A stretch of DNA of 64,000 bases from Candidatus Enterousia sp. (GCA_045593065.1 JAZNVZ010000007.1:12071-76070), one strand, 5' to 3'. Positions 1 through 9,655 are shown, numbered from the stretch's first letter. Notes: generated from the letters alone by a model not told the origin. Made by a program: numbers and translations.

Positions 1-178
1 CGATGTCATGCCTTTGGACGATTTCTTGAAAACAGAATCCAGATTCGGTGCGGCGCGCAGTGCAAATCCAAACTTTGACAAATTGATTGAACGCGCAATC
101 GCCAACAATAAATACAAGGCGGATTTGAAAAAATATATTGCACATTTTGCAATGAAAAACGATAATGGGGAAAAATGA
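1..178 (+). CDS. C-terminal end of probable pyruvate:ferredoxin/flavodoxin oxidoreductase (5' truncated by window)
   Basis: Open frame from base 2 (DVMPLDDFLKTESRFGAARSANPNFDKLIERA...) to TGA 176-178; resembles the PFOR C-terminal P..DFL..E.RF motif. Confidence 0.5.
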   Translation, partial: DVMPLDDFLKTESRFGAARSANPNFDKLIERAIANNKYKADLKKYIAHFAMKNDNGEK

Positions 179-609
179 TGAAAAAAATAATAACATTATT
201 GATGATTTTGTTATTGGCTGCGTGTACTTTTCAAACCAAGCACCGCGGGTATGTTTTTCCTGATGATTTAGAAACCCGGGTTGCCGGTATAAAGACCACC
301 ACACAATTACAAGAAAACTTTGGCGATCCGTTGGCGCGTACCGTGTATGGCGACACCGTTTGGATTTATTATGGATTGGATGAAAATTATCGCGGTCCAT
401 TGCCATACAAATACGACAATAAAACGGTCTTGTTGGCCTGGGTGCGTGGAAACGCCGTCATAAAAACCCAGGTTTTACACGATGATGATTTGCCTGATAT
501 CAAAATGGATGATGAAGAAACGCCAATTCCTGCCGCAGTTGAATTGAACGCAATCCAAGAATTGTTCAATAATATTGGACGGTTTTCGCCCGCTGGGATG
601 GGACAATAA
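175..609 (+). CDS. bamE: Outer membrane assembly lipoprotein BamE/SmpA family
   Basis: Lipobox LAAC; HRGY, FGDP and WIYY motifs; C-terminal IQELFNNIGRF typical of alphaproteobacterial BamE. Confidence 0.75.
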   Translation: MMKKIITLLMILLLAACTFQTKHRGYVFPDDLETRVAGIKTTTQLQENFGDPLARTVYGDTVWIYYGLDENYRGPLPYKYDNKTVLLAWVRGNAVIKTQVLHDDDLPDIKMDDEETPIPAAVELNAIQELFNNIGRFSPAGMGQ

Positions 610-769
610 CGCGCATCTGTTGCGGGCAACCGCCACGGCCGCGCCACACAATCACGACCCTATGCCAACAAAGACAGACGAGGCAAAATAAATAAAAATT
701 TGTTTTTTCGGTTTTTTATGATATAATTTGCATAAAACAGAGAGAATGGCAACTGTAAAGGGTGTTTGT

Positions 770-1339
770 ATGCCAAGTAAAAAATTAGATTTTAAAACAG
801 GTCAATATGTTGTTTATCCAACCCAAGGCGTGGGTAAATTGCAACGCATGGAAGAACAGGTTATTGCTGGCCAATCTGTTAAATTGTTAGTTATAGAATT
901 CGAAGCATCGCATATGACTTTGCGTGTGCCGTTGGAACGCGCCGAAATTTCGGGTCTGCGCCCGTTAACAACCGCAAAAAAGTTAGACGAGGCAATCGCA
1001 TCTGCCAAGGGACGCGCGGGGTCTAAACGCATGATTTGGTCGCGCCGCGCTGCGCAATACGAAGAAAATATAAATTCTGGCGACCCAATGAAATTGGCCG
1101 AGGTTGTGCGCGATTTGCAACGCCGCAGTCCTGCGGACACCATGACATTTTCTGCGCGCCAGTTGTATTTACGCGCATTGGAACGCATGGCGCAAGAATT
1201 TGCAGTATTGCATAAAATGGATGTTGATGCGGCATCTGAAAAAATCGAAGATATTTTGGGCGTACCAAAAGAAATCGATTTGAACGCGGTTGATGTCGAT
1301 GATGATGACGGCGATGACGGCACAGAATCCAGCGAATAA
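770..1339 (+). CDS. carD: CarD/CdnL family RNA polymerase-binding regulator
   Basis: FKTGQYVVYPTQGVG, GLRPL and WSRRA..YE..INSGD...AEVVRDL motifs; ATG 770 follows AAAGGG. Confidence 0.9.
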   Translation: MPSKKLDFKTGQYVVYPTQGVGKLQRMEEQVIAGQSVKLLVIEFEASHMTLRVPLERAEISGLRPLTTAKKLDEAIASAKGRAGSKRMIWSRRAAQYEENINSGDPMKLAEVVRDLQRRSPADTMTFSARQLYLRALERMAQEFAVLHKMDVDAASEKIEDILGVPKEIDLNAVDVDDDDGDDGTESSE

Positions 1340-1354
1340 AAAAAAGAATTAATA

Positions 1355-1378
1355 AAAACCGCCCAGTCGGGCGGTTTT
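1355..1378. terminator. Bidirectional intrinsic terminator
   Basis: AAAACCGCCC-AGTC-GGGCGGTTTT between convergent carD and ackA. Confidence 0.85.
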
Positions 1379-1395
1379 GTTTTTCATCGGCATAA

Positions 1396-2637
1396 TTATT
1401 TTGCAAACGAATAATCCATTTTCAAATGATCTGGATTATATGTACCGTTCATAATCGCGATGGTGTCTTCGACAATAACCAATTCTTCGTTGGTCGCAAT
1501 CATGATAATCTTGATTGGGCTGTCGTCTGTGCTGATAATCGCACTGTCGACACCTTTGCGTGCCAACGCCGCCGCATTTTTTTCTGGGTCTAATTTGATT
1601 CCTAATGGCTCTAACCCTTTGCAGAATTGTGCGCGCAAGTAATCATCATTTTCACCAACACCCGCAGTAAACACAATCGCATCAACATGACCCAATTCTG
1701 CCAAGAATGCCCCAATGTATTTACGGACGGCATGTGCCTCCATTTCAATCGCCAATTTGCATTCTGGTTTTGTTTCTTTATTAGCCTCGACATCGCGTCT
1801 GTCGGCAAAACATTCTGTAATACCCAACAAACCAGAATCTTTGTTCAAATGTTTTTGCATTTGTTCAGGCGTTAATCCTAATCTCTGCATCACGTATAAA
1901 ACAACGCCCGCATCCAGGTCGCCTGGACGTGTACCCATAACCAAACCGGCAACCGGTGTCATACCCAATGATGTGTCAACCGCAACGCCGCCACGAATTG
2001 CCGCCGCGGATGCCCCAGAACCAATGTGCAATGTAATTAAATTGCAATCACGGGCGGGTTTGCCTAAAATTGCAGCCGCGCGTTTTGAAACATACAAATG
2101 TGATGTCCCATGAAAACCATAACGGCGAACGCCTAATTCGCGATACCATGCCGCTGGCACAGCATAACGATATGCATAATCTGGCAAAGTGTTATAGAAC
2201 GCGGTATCAAACACAGCAACCTGGGTCGCATTTGGCAATAATTGCTTTGCCGCCATAATACCAACCAATGCCGCAGGATTATGCAATGGCGCAATCATAG
2301 ATAATTCATCAATTTTTTTAATAACTTCGTCTGTGATTTCAACAGAATTAGCAAATTTTTCACCACCCAACACAACACGATGACCAACACCTGTGATTTT
2401 GCTGATATCAATCGATGCCTCGCGCAATAAGCCGATAACAACATTTAATGCCTGGTTATGATCGCGCATTTCAACATCTTTGCGAACCTTGGCACCGTCT
2501 GGGTATTTTTGGGTCACGAAAGAATCAGCCAAGCCAATTTTTTCAACATTACCACTGACCAATGGTTGTTTTGTATCCGCATCAAAAACCTGATATTTCA
2601 GGGAAGACGAACCGCAGTTCAAAGCAAGTATATACAT
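1396..2637 (-). CDS. ackA: Acetate kinase
   Basis: LNCGSSSLKY, GHRVV, APLHNP, RRYGFHGTSH, MGTRPGDLD, FTAGVGEN, TNEE. Confidence 0.97.
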   Translation of the reverse strand: MYILALNCGSSSLKYQVFDADTKQPLVSGNVEKIGLADSFVTQKYPDGAKVRKDVEMRDHNQALNVVIGLLREASIDISKITGVGHRVVLGGEKFANSVEITDEVIKKIDELSMIAPLHNPAALVGIMAAKQLLPNATQVAVFDTAFYNTLPDYAYRYAVPAAWYRELGVRRYGFHGTSHLYVSKRAAAILGKPARDCNLITLHIGSGASAAAIRGGVAVDTSLGMTPVAGLVMGTRPGDLDAGVVLYVMQRLGLTPEQMQKHLNKDSGLLGITECFADRRDVEANKETKPECKLAIEMEAHAVRKYIGAFLAELGHVDAIVFTAGVGENDDYLRAQFCKGLEPLGIKLDPEKNAAALARKGVDSAIISTDDSPIKIIMIATNEELVIVEDTIAIMNGTYNPDHLKMDYSFAK

Positions 2638-2757
2638 CTTTTATCCTTTTTTCTCGTTTTAATACGCGCCAAGTTTAGCACCAGCAAAATAAAAAATCAA
2701 TGTTGATGTGGTCTGTTTTTTTATGGACTTGGAACTTTTTTTTGCTATCCTGGAAAT

Positions 2758-3180
2758 ATGCTGAGTGGTATAAAAATTTATTCCAGTGATTCTACTTGGC
2801 GCCAGATTTTGGCCGAATTGGGCGCAACGGTTGTTGATGCACCAAATGTTTTGGATATAAATTTTGATAAAATCGCGCCTGGTGCCCCTGTGTCAGCCAC
2901 AGAATTAAAAACATTGATTTTAGAATCTGGGGATGCCACAAATATTCTACATGCCGTGTTCGGCAATGACATTCCACAATTATCTGGTATTCAAACAAAT
3001 ATTATCATTTCATTGGTTCGCAGCGGCGGTATGACGGGCGCAGAATTAAACAAGGCATTGGGATATATGCCTGGGGTGGCAACACACACAATTACCACCG
3101 CGATATATGCGTTGCGTAAATTGTGTGGACATGATTTTATAACTCTGGACCGAGGGGTGTATAAAATTGGCTCTGTATAA
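2758..3180 (+). CDS. Winged-helix (OmpR-like C-terminal) DNA-binding protein
   Basis: C-terminal LGY....THTI.T.IY.LRK.......I....G.Y pattern; no SD, TGcTATCCT 6 nt upstream of ATG. Confidence 0.6.
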   Translation: MLSGIKIYSSDSTWRQILAELGATVVDAPNVLDINFDKIAPGAPVSATELKTLILESGDATNILHAVFGNDIPQLSGIQTNIIISLVRSGGMTGAELNKALGYMPGVATHTITTAIYALRKLCGHDFITLDRGVYKIGSV

Positions 3181-3832
3181 AGTATTTTCTTTTGATAAAA
3201 TCCCCAGTACCCAAACCATGGCCGCTGATATGATTGCATCGCATCGTGCCGGCGACCATTCTGTTATTGTTGCCGCCGCCCAGAGTGATGGCCGCGGACG
3301 CTTCCGCCGAAAATGGGTTTCTCATCATGGAAATTTATACGCCAGTTTTATTTATGCCGCACCTGAACGCGATGCGCGCCTGTCTTATGCGGTGGCGGTG
3401 GCGGTGGCAGACACATTAATTTCGTTGGGCATTATACCAACAATTAAATGGCCAAATGACATATTAGTTGATGGAAAAAAAATTTCTGGAATTTTGATTG
3501 AATATTTTGGCCGATTTGTTGTCGTTGGAATTGGAATCAACATATCTACAAATCCAACTGTCGAATCATATAAAACAACTAAAATGAATAATTATATAAA
3601 AACCAATGAACAAGAGGTATTGTCGCGTTTAATGAAGTTTTTAGACAAATGGATGCGCGCAGATTTTTCGGTTGTTCGTGCGCGTTGGATGTCTTTGGCC
3701 ACAGGATTAAATACAACAGTTAAATATCGCGGCGCAACCGCGGAATTGATTGGGATAAATGAAAATGGCGCATTGGTTTTGCGTTGTGGCACCCGATATG
3801 TTTTAGCATATGGCGATGAAATTGTGATATAA
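3167..3832 (+). CDS. birA: Biotin--protein ligase (group I, no HTH)
   Basis: STQ, Q..GRGR..RKW.S..GNLY, KWPND, KKISGILIE, GIGIN. Confidence 0.95.
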   Translation: MALYKVFSFDKIPSTQTMAADMIASHRAGDHSVIVAAAQSDGRGRFRRKWVSHHGNLYASFIYAAPERDARLSYAVAVAVADTLISLGIIPTIKWPNDILVDGKKISGILIEYFGRFVVVGIGINISTNPTVESYKTTKMNNYIKTNEQEVLSRLMKFLDKWMRADFSVVRARWMSLATGLNTTVKYRGATAELIGINENGALVLRCGTRYVLAYGDEIVI

Positions 3833-3837
3833 ATCTC

Positions 3838-3866
3838 TTGACTTGTGTTGCGATTTGTGATATAAT
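3838..3866 (+). promoter_or_regulatory. Near-consensus sigma70 promoter upstream of the phage-like cluster
   Basis: TTGACT-17 bp-TATAAT with extended -10 TG. Confidence 0.7.
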
Positions 3867-3892
3867 ACAAACCATCAAGAGCAGAAAAACTA

Positions 3893-3919
3893 CACGTCAT
3901 GATGACGTGATTTTTTTTT
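3893..3919 (+). terminator. Leader intrinsic terminator 1
   Basis: CACGTCA-TGA-TGACGTG followed by A and T9. Confidence 0.6.
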
Positions 3920-3932
3920 ACTTTTTTCAACT

Positions 3933-3958
3933 GGCGCACGATTTTGTGCGCTTTTTTT
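3933..3958 (+). terminator. Leader intrinsic terminator 2
   Basis: GCGCAC-GATTTT-GTGCGC followed by T7. Confidence 0.65.
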
Positions 3959-3985
3959 ATTTCTTACCACCAAGGGATACAAAAC

Positions 3986-4396
3986 ATGCAATTTAATTTG
4001 ATAAAACATCAAACCGGTTGGTCGCACGATGTTTATAAAATCGCCCATGTAATTTTTGCAGAAACATGCGCACAATCTCTGCGCGTGGTCGAAGCATTGG
4101 CATCGATGATTGCAAATGGCGCACGCGAATCACACCAAACAGAAATTGATTTCGTTATTAATTCTGGATTGTTTGAATCACTGGATAAAAAATCAAATCG
4201 GCATTATTTATTAAACACAAATGAAAATGCACGCGCGTTTCAAATGTGCCTGAGGGTGGTCGACAAAATGTTAAAACACAATTTGAACGATTCTTGTTTT
4301 GGCGCAACAAAATTCCACAGAACAGAATTTAATCCGTCTTGGTCAATCGCGCGCGGATATATTTTAGATATGGATGGATTGTTGTTCTATGCGTGA
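3986..4396 (+). CDS. Cell wall hydrolase (Hydrolase_2/SleB-like), divergent
   Basis: IA.VIFAE (catalytic Glu position), GATKFH, P.W and terminal LLFY; ATG 3986 after AAGGGA. Confidence 0.6.
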   Translation: MQFNLIKHQTGWSHDVYKIAHVIFAETCAQSLRVVEALASMIANGARESHQTEIDFVINSGLFESLDKKSNRHYLLNTNENARAFQMCLRVVDKMLKHNLNDSCFGATKFHRTEFNPSWSIARGYILDMDGLLFYA

Positions 4397-4414
4397 TAAA
4401 TAACGGATTTGAAA

Positions 4415-4657
4415 ATGAAAACACAAAAAATTATTCATGGCGGATATCTGGCTGGCCACAGAACATACATTTTATCAGGTGTTGGAATTTTATCAGCAAT
4501 CGCATCTTATTTGGTCGGCGATACAGATTTATTCATAACAATGCAATCAATATTTACTTTGGGTGGAATTTATTTCTTGCGCAAAGCAAACGATACAAAA
4601 AGGAGAAATTATGCAAAACATACCAGAAAAATTTCAAAACACAGACGGAACAGTTAA
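4415..4657 (+). CDS. Small membrane protein, holin-like
   Basis: About 80 aa, two hydrophobic segments after L.G.RTYI, basic C-terminal tail, adjacent to the hydrolase. Confidence 0.45.
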   Translation: MKTQKIIHGGYLAGHRTYILSGVGILSAIASYLVGDTDLFITMQSIFTLGGIYFLRKANDTKRRNYAKHTRKISKHRRNS

Positions 4658-5267
4658 TGTTGATGCGTTGATGAAATCTTATATGGAATTGGAAAAGAAA
4701 ATGGGCAGCATGATATCAGTGCCCACAAACACTGCGGATAAAAATGCACGCGAAAAATTTAATCGCGCGATTGGTGTGCCAGAAAACGCAAATGATTATC
4801 CATCAAATGATTTGTTTGATGACGAATCGGTTCGACAAAAATTTCATGACATAGGATTAACATCTGGTCAGGTTGAACAAATTTATTCTATTGCAGAAGA
4901 ATTTTTATCACCTGTACTTGCAGAATTATTTTCCAGTAAAAATGAAAATACCGAAATGTTAAAATTAGAAAAATTTTTTGGTTCGCGTGAAAAAATGACA
5001 GACGCATTAAATGCAATAAATACATTCGGTGAAAAATTTTTACCACATGATGCATTTGAATCATTATGCGCCAGCGCCAGCGGAATTCAAGGCGTGTATC
5101 AAATGATGCAATCGTTTGAACCGCATGTAAACACAACCAGCGACATAACAGAAAATTTAACCGATGCGGATTTGCGCCGCATGATGCGCGATCCAAAATA
5201 TTGGCGTGATAACGATCCAGAATATGTTCGCAAAATAGAAAATGGTTTTAAAAAATTATATGCTTGA
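4611..5267 (+). CDS. Capsid scaffolding/assembly protein (T7 gp9/BPP-1-like)
   Basis: IPEKF...G.VNVDAL.KSY.ELEKK N-terminus and MMRDPKYW...DP.YV.K...F..LY C-terminus; SD AGGAG. Confidence 0.8.
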   Translation: MQNIPEKFQNTDGTVNVDALMKSYMELEKKMGSMISVPTNTADKNAREKFNRAIGVPENANDYPSNDLFDDESVRQKFHDIGLTSGQVEQIYSIAEEFLSPVLAELFSSKNENTEMLKLEKFFGSREKMTDALNAINTFGEKFLPHDAFESLCASASGIQGVYQMMQSFEPHVNTTSDITENLTDADLRRMMRDPKYWRDNDPEYVRKIENGFKKLYA

Positions 5268-5372
5268 ATAAAATTTTTTTACTTTTTTCTTTACTATCAT
5301 TTTCTTTTATTATAAAATGTTATCAAGAACAAAAAAAGTTTGTTCTATCCAAAACACAAAAAGGAGAGAAGA

Positions 5373-5633
5373 ATGGCATTTTTATTCTCAGCAAAAAAAG
5401 CTGCAAAACCTGCTGCTAAACCTGCTGCAAAAAAAGTTGCTGCTAAACCAGCTGCAAAAAAACCGGCTGCAAAAAAACCAGCTGCTAAGAAAGTTGCTGC
5501 AAAAAAACCAGTCGCTAAAAAAGTAGTTGCAAAAAAACCAGCTGCTAAAAAAGTAGTTGCTAAAAAACCAGCTGCTAAAAAAGTTGCTGCTAAAAAACCA
5601 GCTGCTAAAAAATGCGCATGCAAAAAGAAATAA
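5373..5633 (+). CDS. Histone H1-like Lys/Ala/Pro-rich DNA-binding protein
   Basis: 86 aa made of PAAKK/VAAKK pentapeptide repeats; SD AAGGAG. Confidence 0.8.
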   Translation: MAFLFSAKKAAKPAAKPAAKKVAAKPAAKKPAAKKPAAKKVAAKKPVAKKVVAKKPAAKKVVAKKPAAKKVAAKKPAAKKCACKKK

Positions 5634-5656
5634 TTATTTCTGGACTGCAAAGATTT

Positions 5657-5682
5657 AACCCGCGAAAATTCGCGGGTTTTTC
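5657..5682 (+). terminator. Intrinsic terminator after the H1-like gene
   Basis: AACCCGCGAA-AA-TTCGCGGGTT plus T tract. Confidence 0.8.
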
Positions 5683-5817
5683 TTTACAATAATTTTAACC
5701 AGATAGTTTGTTGTCTGGTTAAAACTGTTGCAGGAAAATCTTATTTTGGACCCCGCATTTTGTTATATGACGCAATATTTATTGCATAATCAAAAAACAA
5801 AATATCAGTATATGGTC

Positions 5818-5844
5818 GGCGCAATTCGTTGCGTCTGTTTTTTT
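5818..5844 (+). terminator. Terminator-like hairpin immediately upstream of the capsid gene
   Basis: GGCGCAA-TTCG-TTGCGTC then TGTTTTTTT. Confidence 0.55.
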
Positions 5845-5865
5845 ATTTTAACAAAAGGAAAAATC

Positions 5866-6690
5866 ATGTCTGTTTCCATAGATCAAGTATTTGTGAAACA
5901 ATTTGAAGCAGATGTTCATTTGGCATATCAACAAATGGGCACAAAATTACGTTCCACTGTGCGCAGCAAATCTGGCGTTGTGGGACAATCTACAACATTT
6001 CAAACAATCGGGCGCGGCACAGCCAGCACGAAATCTCGGCACGGCATTGTTCCTGTTATGAATTTGAATCATCAACCCGTAGAATGCGTATTGCAAGATT
6101 ATTATGCTGGTGATTGGGTTGATGCATTGGATGAATTAAAAATCAATGTCGATGAACGCCGCGTGGTCGCATCTGCGGGCGCATACGCGTTGGGGCGCAA
6201 AACAGATGAATTAATTATATCTGCAATGGACAACGCCACTGCATACGCCGGTGATTTTACCACAGGTTTAACAAAAGCCCTGATTTTAGATGCCGTGGAA
6301 AAATTAAATGAAAAAGATGTCCCAGATGATGGTCGCAGATTTGCGGTTGTCGGCGTGCATCAATGGAACGAATTGTTAAATATTAATGAATTTGTGTCCG
6401 CAGATTATGTTGGCGATTCTAATCCGTTGGTTAACGGATACGAAGCCAAAAAATGGTTGGGCATAACATGGGTGTTGCATAATGATTTGCCGTTGGCCAG
6501 TTCTACTAACCGCAGTTGCTTTATCTATCACGCATCCAGCATCGGTCATGCGTGTGGACAAGAAGTCAAAACTGATATTACATGGCACGGCGAACGCGCG
6601 GCACACTTTATCAGCAACAGTATGTCTCAGGGTGCCGTATTAATCGACCAAGACGGCATAGTTCGTATCAAATGCAAAGATAACGCATAA
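5866..6690 (+). CDS. Major capsid protein, podovirus-type
   Basis: MS.SID..FVKQF...VH.A.QQ.G.KLR.TV, A.ALGRK.D..II and terminal GAV.ID..G.V motifs; SD AAAGGA; 274 aa. Confidence 0.88.
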   Translation: MSVSIDQVFVKQFEADVHLAYQQMGTKLRSTVRSKSGVVGQSTTFQTIGRGTASTKSRHGIVPVMNLNHQPVECVLQDYYAGDWVDALDELKINVDERRVVASAGAYALGRKTDELIISAMDNATAYAGDFTTGLTKALILDAVEKLNEKDVPDDGRRFAVVGVHQWNELLNINEFVSADYVGDSNPLVNGYEAKKWLGITWVLHNDLPLASSTNRSCFIYHASSIGHACGQEVKTDITWHGERAAHFISNSMSQGAVLIDQDGIVRIKCKDNA

Positions 6691-6721
6691 AAAATATTAC
6701 ACAACCAAAAGGAAACCTACG

Positions 6722-6952
6722 ATGGCATTTCAAAATAAAAATTTGTCTGTAATTGCATACGCAAATGGTTTTACTTTGTGGCATTATGCTGCAAATGAAA
6801 CAATGGCAACAATTTCCGAAAGTGGATATTTTAATAATGTTTTAACACTGATGAACACTGGCGATATTATTATTATCAACGCTTCTAATGGCACCGCCAT
6901 CAAAGCAATTACTGTGTCCAGCAGTGCTGTAACAGTAGCCGCATTATCATAA
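6722..6952 (+). CDS. Small phage-cluster protein (possible head decoration)
   Basis: LSV.AYANGFTLWHY...GYF.......GD.I; lies directly after the capsid gene. Confidence 0.5.
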   Translation: MAFQNKNLSVIAYANGFTLWHYAANETMATISESGYFNNVLTLMNTGDIIIINASNGTAIKAITVSSSAVTVAALS

Positions 6953-6970
6953 TTAAAGACATTTAAACAT

Positions 6971-7002
6971 GTGGGGTGATTCTGTGCACCCCACTTTATT
7001 TT
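6971..7002 (+). terminator. Intrinsic terminator after the capsid/decoration genes
   Basis: GTGGGGTG-ATTCTGTG-CACCCCAC plus TTTATTTT. Confidence 0.7.
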
Positions 7003-7024
7003 ATATAAACCAAAGGATATATAC

Positions 7025-7543
7025 ATGCCGAGTAAAATAGATTTGTGTTCTATGGCGTTATTAAAATTGGGCGAAAAACCCATTACTGATTTAAATAACG
7101 ACAGCGCATCTGCACAACTGGCCAATACATTATATGACACAACATTGGATGCGTTATTGTCTGCTTATCCATGGCGTTTTGCCACACAACACATTATTAT
7201 AGAAAAAAACCAAGATGGTGAATTTATCGTTCCAAAAAATGTATTACGCATATTACGATGTTCTGGGCGCGTATACGGAAATAAAATCGTATCAAATGAA
7301 AACAATGCAAAATTAGTCGCGGTTATGCGTATACCTGTTGAAGAATACCCCAGTTATTTCATATCATTGGCCGCCACAAAATTAGCAATGGAATTTTGTA
7401 TACCGTTAACCGGAAATCAACAGACACTGAGAATTTTAATCAGTTTATACGAATCCGAATTTCAAAATGCTAAATTTATAGATTCTACAACAAGTGCAAA
7501 TTCCAGCATAGAACAATTTTCTTTGATAAACGCACGTTTCTAA
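7025..7543 (+). CDS. Tail tubular protein A / adaptor (T7 gp11-like)
   Basis: IDLC..AL..LG..PI......S..A......YD...D.LL...PW.FA. Confidence 0.8.
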   Translation: MPSKIDLCSMALLKLGEKPITDLNNDSASAQLANTLYDTTLDALLSAYPWRFATQHIIIEKNQDGEFIVPKNVLRILRCSGRVYGNKIVSNENNAKLVAVMRIPVEEYPSYFISLAATKLAMEFCIPLTGNQQTLRILISLYESEFQNAKFIDSTTSANSSIEQFSLINARF

Positions 7544-7567
7544 TTTGAATACAAAAAGGTACAAATA

Positions 7568-9280
7568 ATGACAGAATTTATACATACACAAAATTCATTC
7601 GCAAACGGAGAAATTGCGCCCGAATTTTACCTGAACAAAAATATTAACGGGTTATCAAAATTAGAAAACATAGATGTTATGGATGGCGGCGGATTAACGC
7701 GCCGGCCAGGATTAGTTGATATTGCAACATTGACGGGGCCCGCCAGAATTTTTTCTTTTGATTTGTCTGACCAAGAACATTTCATTGTGGTGTTGACCAA
7801 TTATGCGTTAACAATTTATTCTAACAATTCTGCGATTTTTAATTGTATTGCACCATGGCCCACCGATGCAATGGGACAAATACAATTCGCAGCACGTGGC
7901 GATTCTATGATTTTTGTGCATCCCGATGTCAGTCCGTATGTGCTGGTTAAAACTAAAAACTCTTTCGCATTGAATAAATTTAGTTTTTATGACACAACTG
8001 GGACTATCCCGCAACAGCCCATGATGACATACGATGATATGAATGGTATTTCAATCAATGTATCTGGTGGGCCGTATGGTGTTAAATCTGCGACATTTAC
8101 AACAAATGCAGATTATTGGTCTGCAACAAATGTAGAAACAATTATTAAATTTAATGATCAAACCTGGAAAATTATCGAATTCGTTAGTAAAACTGTGGTC
8201 TATGCCGTCAGCACAACAGAATATACATTGCCGAACGCCCCAATCACTAGTTGGACTGAAAGCGCATTTGATAATCGTCATGGATGGCCTTGTGCAATTA
8301 CATTCCACCAAGATAGATTGATATTCGGTGGAACACATTATGTTCCTGGCGGAATTTGGATGTCGCGTGTTGGCGCACACAATAATTTTGATGTCGGTAC
8401 TGGATTAGATGACGAAGCGATTATTACAACATTATTATCCAAAGAACGTCAACAAATATGCAGTTTAATCAGCAGCGATACATTACAAGTTTTAACATCT
8501 TGTGGTGAATGGGCGATTGCAAATAAACCAATTACACCCGCCAGTATGAATATTATGCAACATACATCTGTCGGCAGCGCAACCGCACATTGTTTAATCC
8601 CCCAAAAAATCGAGGGCGAAACAGTGTTTGTATCTAATACCATGACAGAAATTAGAAAACTGTCGTTGGATACATTGGGCGAAAAGTACAATGCAGACGA
8701 TTTGTGTGCTTTTTCCAAACACTTGATAAATCAACCTGTGGATATCGCATATAATAAAGCATTAAAAAAATTGTATTTGGTAAACAATGATGGAACCATG
8801 GCGGTATTAAAACAAAACAGTGTTTTAGGAATTTCTGCGTGGGCAAAGTATTTAACATACGGAAAATTCACATCTGTGGCCGTCAGTGCCAATGAAACAT
8901 TTGTCGTATTAAAAATAAACAATATATACAAATTATCAAAATTTTCTGACGCAGCCACCAATGATTCAGGAACCTATAACATAGATTTTTGCGTATCTGG
9001 GGTGCCATTAAGTTTTTCTGGACACAGACCTGCGCATCTAAAAATACACAAAATCAATTTGCGTTTATTTGAAACAAAAAGTGTGTTTATAAACAATATG
9101 CGCGTGTCGTTACCAAATGAAATTTATTCCCCCGCCAGTCCCGGATTTTCAGGAGATATCACAATGAATATGCTGGGGTCGCAAATAGACACCGCAACAT
9201 CGCCATGGACAATCCACGGCAATGACCCGATGCCAATCACAGTGTTTTCTGTATCACTATATGGACAATATGAAATTTAA
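7568..9280 (+). CDS. Tail tubular protein B / nozzle (T7 gp12-like)
   Basis: Q.SF..GEI.P, GG..RRPG, GWP..ITFHQDRL.FGG, W.SR.G...NF..GT..DD. Confidence 0.82.
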   Translation: MTEFIHTQNSFANGEIAPEFYLNKNINGLSKLENIDVMDGGGLTRRPGLVDIATLTGPARIFSFDLSDQEHFIVVLTNYALTIYSNNSAIFNCIAPWPTDAMGQIQFAARGDSMIFVHPDVSPYVLVKTKNSFALNKFSFYDTTGTIPQQPMMTYDDMNGISINVSGGPYGVKSATFTTNADYWSATNVETIIKFNDQTWKIIEFVSKTVVYAVSTTEYTLPNAPITSWTESAFDNRHGWPCAITFHQDRLIFGGTHYVPGGIWMSRVGAHNNFDVGTGLDDEAIITTLLSKERQQICSLISSDTLQVLTSCGEWAIANKPITPASMNIMQHTSVGSATAHCLIPQKIEGETVFVSNTMTEIRKLSLDTLGEKYNADDLCAFSKHLINQPVDIAYNKALKKLYLVNNDGTMAVLKQNSVLGISAWAKYLTYGKFTSVAVSANETFVVLKINNIYKLSKFSDAATNDSGTYNIDFCVSGVPLSFSGHRPAHLKIHKINLRLFETKSVFINNMRVSLPNEIYSPASPGFSGDITMNMLGSQIDTATSPWTIHGNDPMPITVFSVSLYGQYEI

Positions 9281-9304
9281 CAATATAAACCAAAGGAGGT
9301 ATTT

Positions 9305-9652
9305 ATGGGACAATTAGTATCAGATGTAACAAATGTATTGAATGCACAAAATTCAAAACGTGCAGCAAATAATAAACGGCAAGAAATTTTACAACAAATT
9401 GCCAAAGATGAACAAACAAAAACCAACCTGATAAAAAAAGCATTGGCCACACAACGGGCAAATTATGGCGCAGGCGGCACAAATTCCGCCAGCACCAGTG
9501 CCGGCGCAGTATTACAGCGTCTGCGCAATGAAACCGCCGCCCCATATGACGATAAAAAAGAGCAAAATATCAAAAAAATTAAAAACATTACTGTGAAAAA
9601 AAATAATTTGTTAAAGAATTTACTGGCCAGATTAGACAATATCGTTGGATAA
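9305..9652 (+). CDS. Putative internal virion/ejection protein
   Basis: Gln/Ala-rich helical protein with ALA.QRA.YGA.G.....S motif, located after the nozzle gene. Confidence 0.5.
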   Translation: MGQLVSDVTNVLNAQNSKRAANNKRQEILQQIAKDEQTKTNLIKKALATQRANYGAGGTNSASTSAGAVLQRLRNETAAPYDDKKEQNIKKIKNITVKKNNLLKNLLARLDNIVG

Positions 9653-9655
9653 AAA

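Noticed and set aside
5345-5650. Hydrophobic 101-aa minus-strand ORF
   Set aside because: Antisense translation of the Lys/Ala repeat gene.
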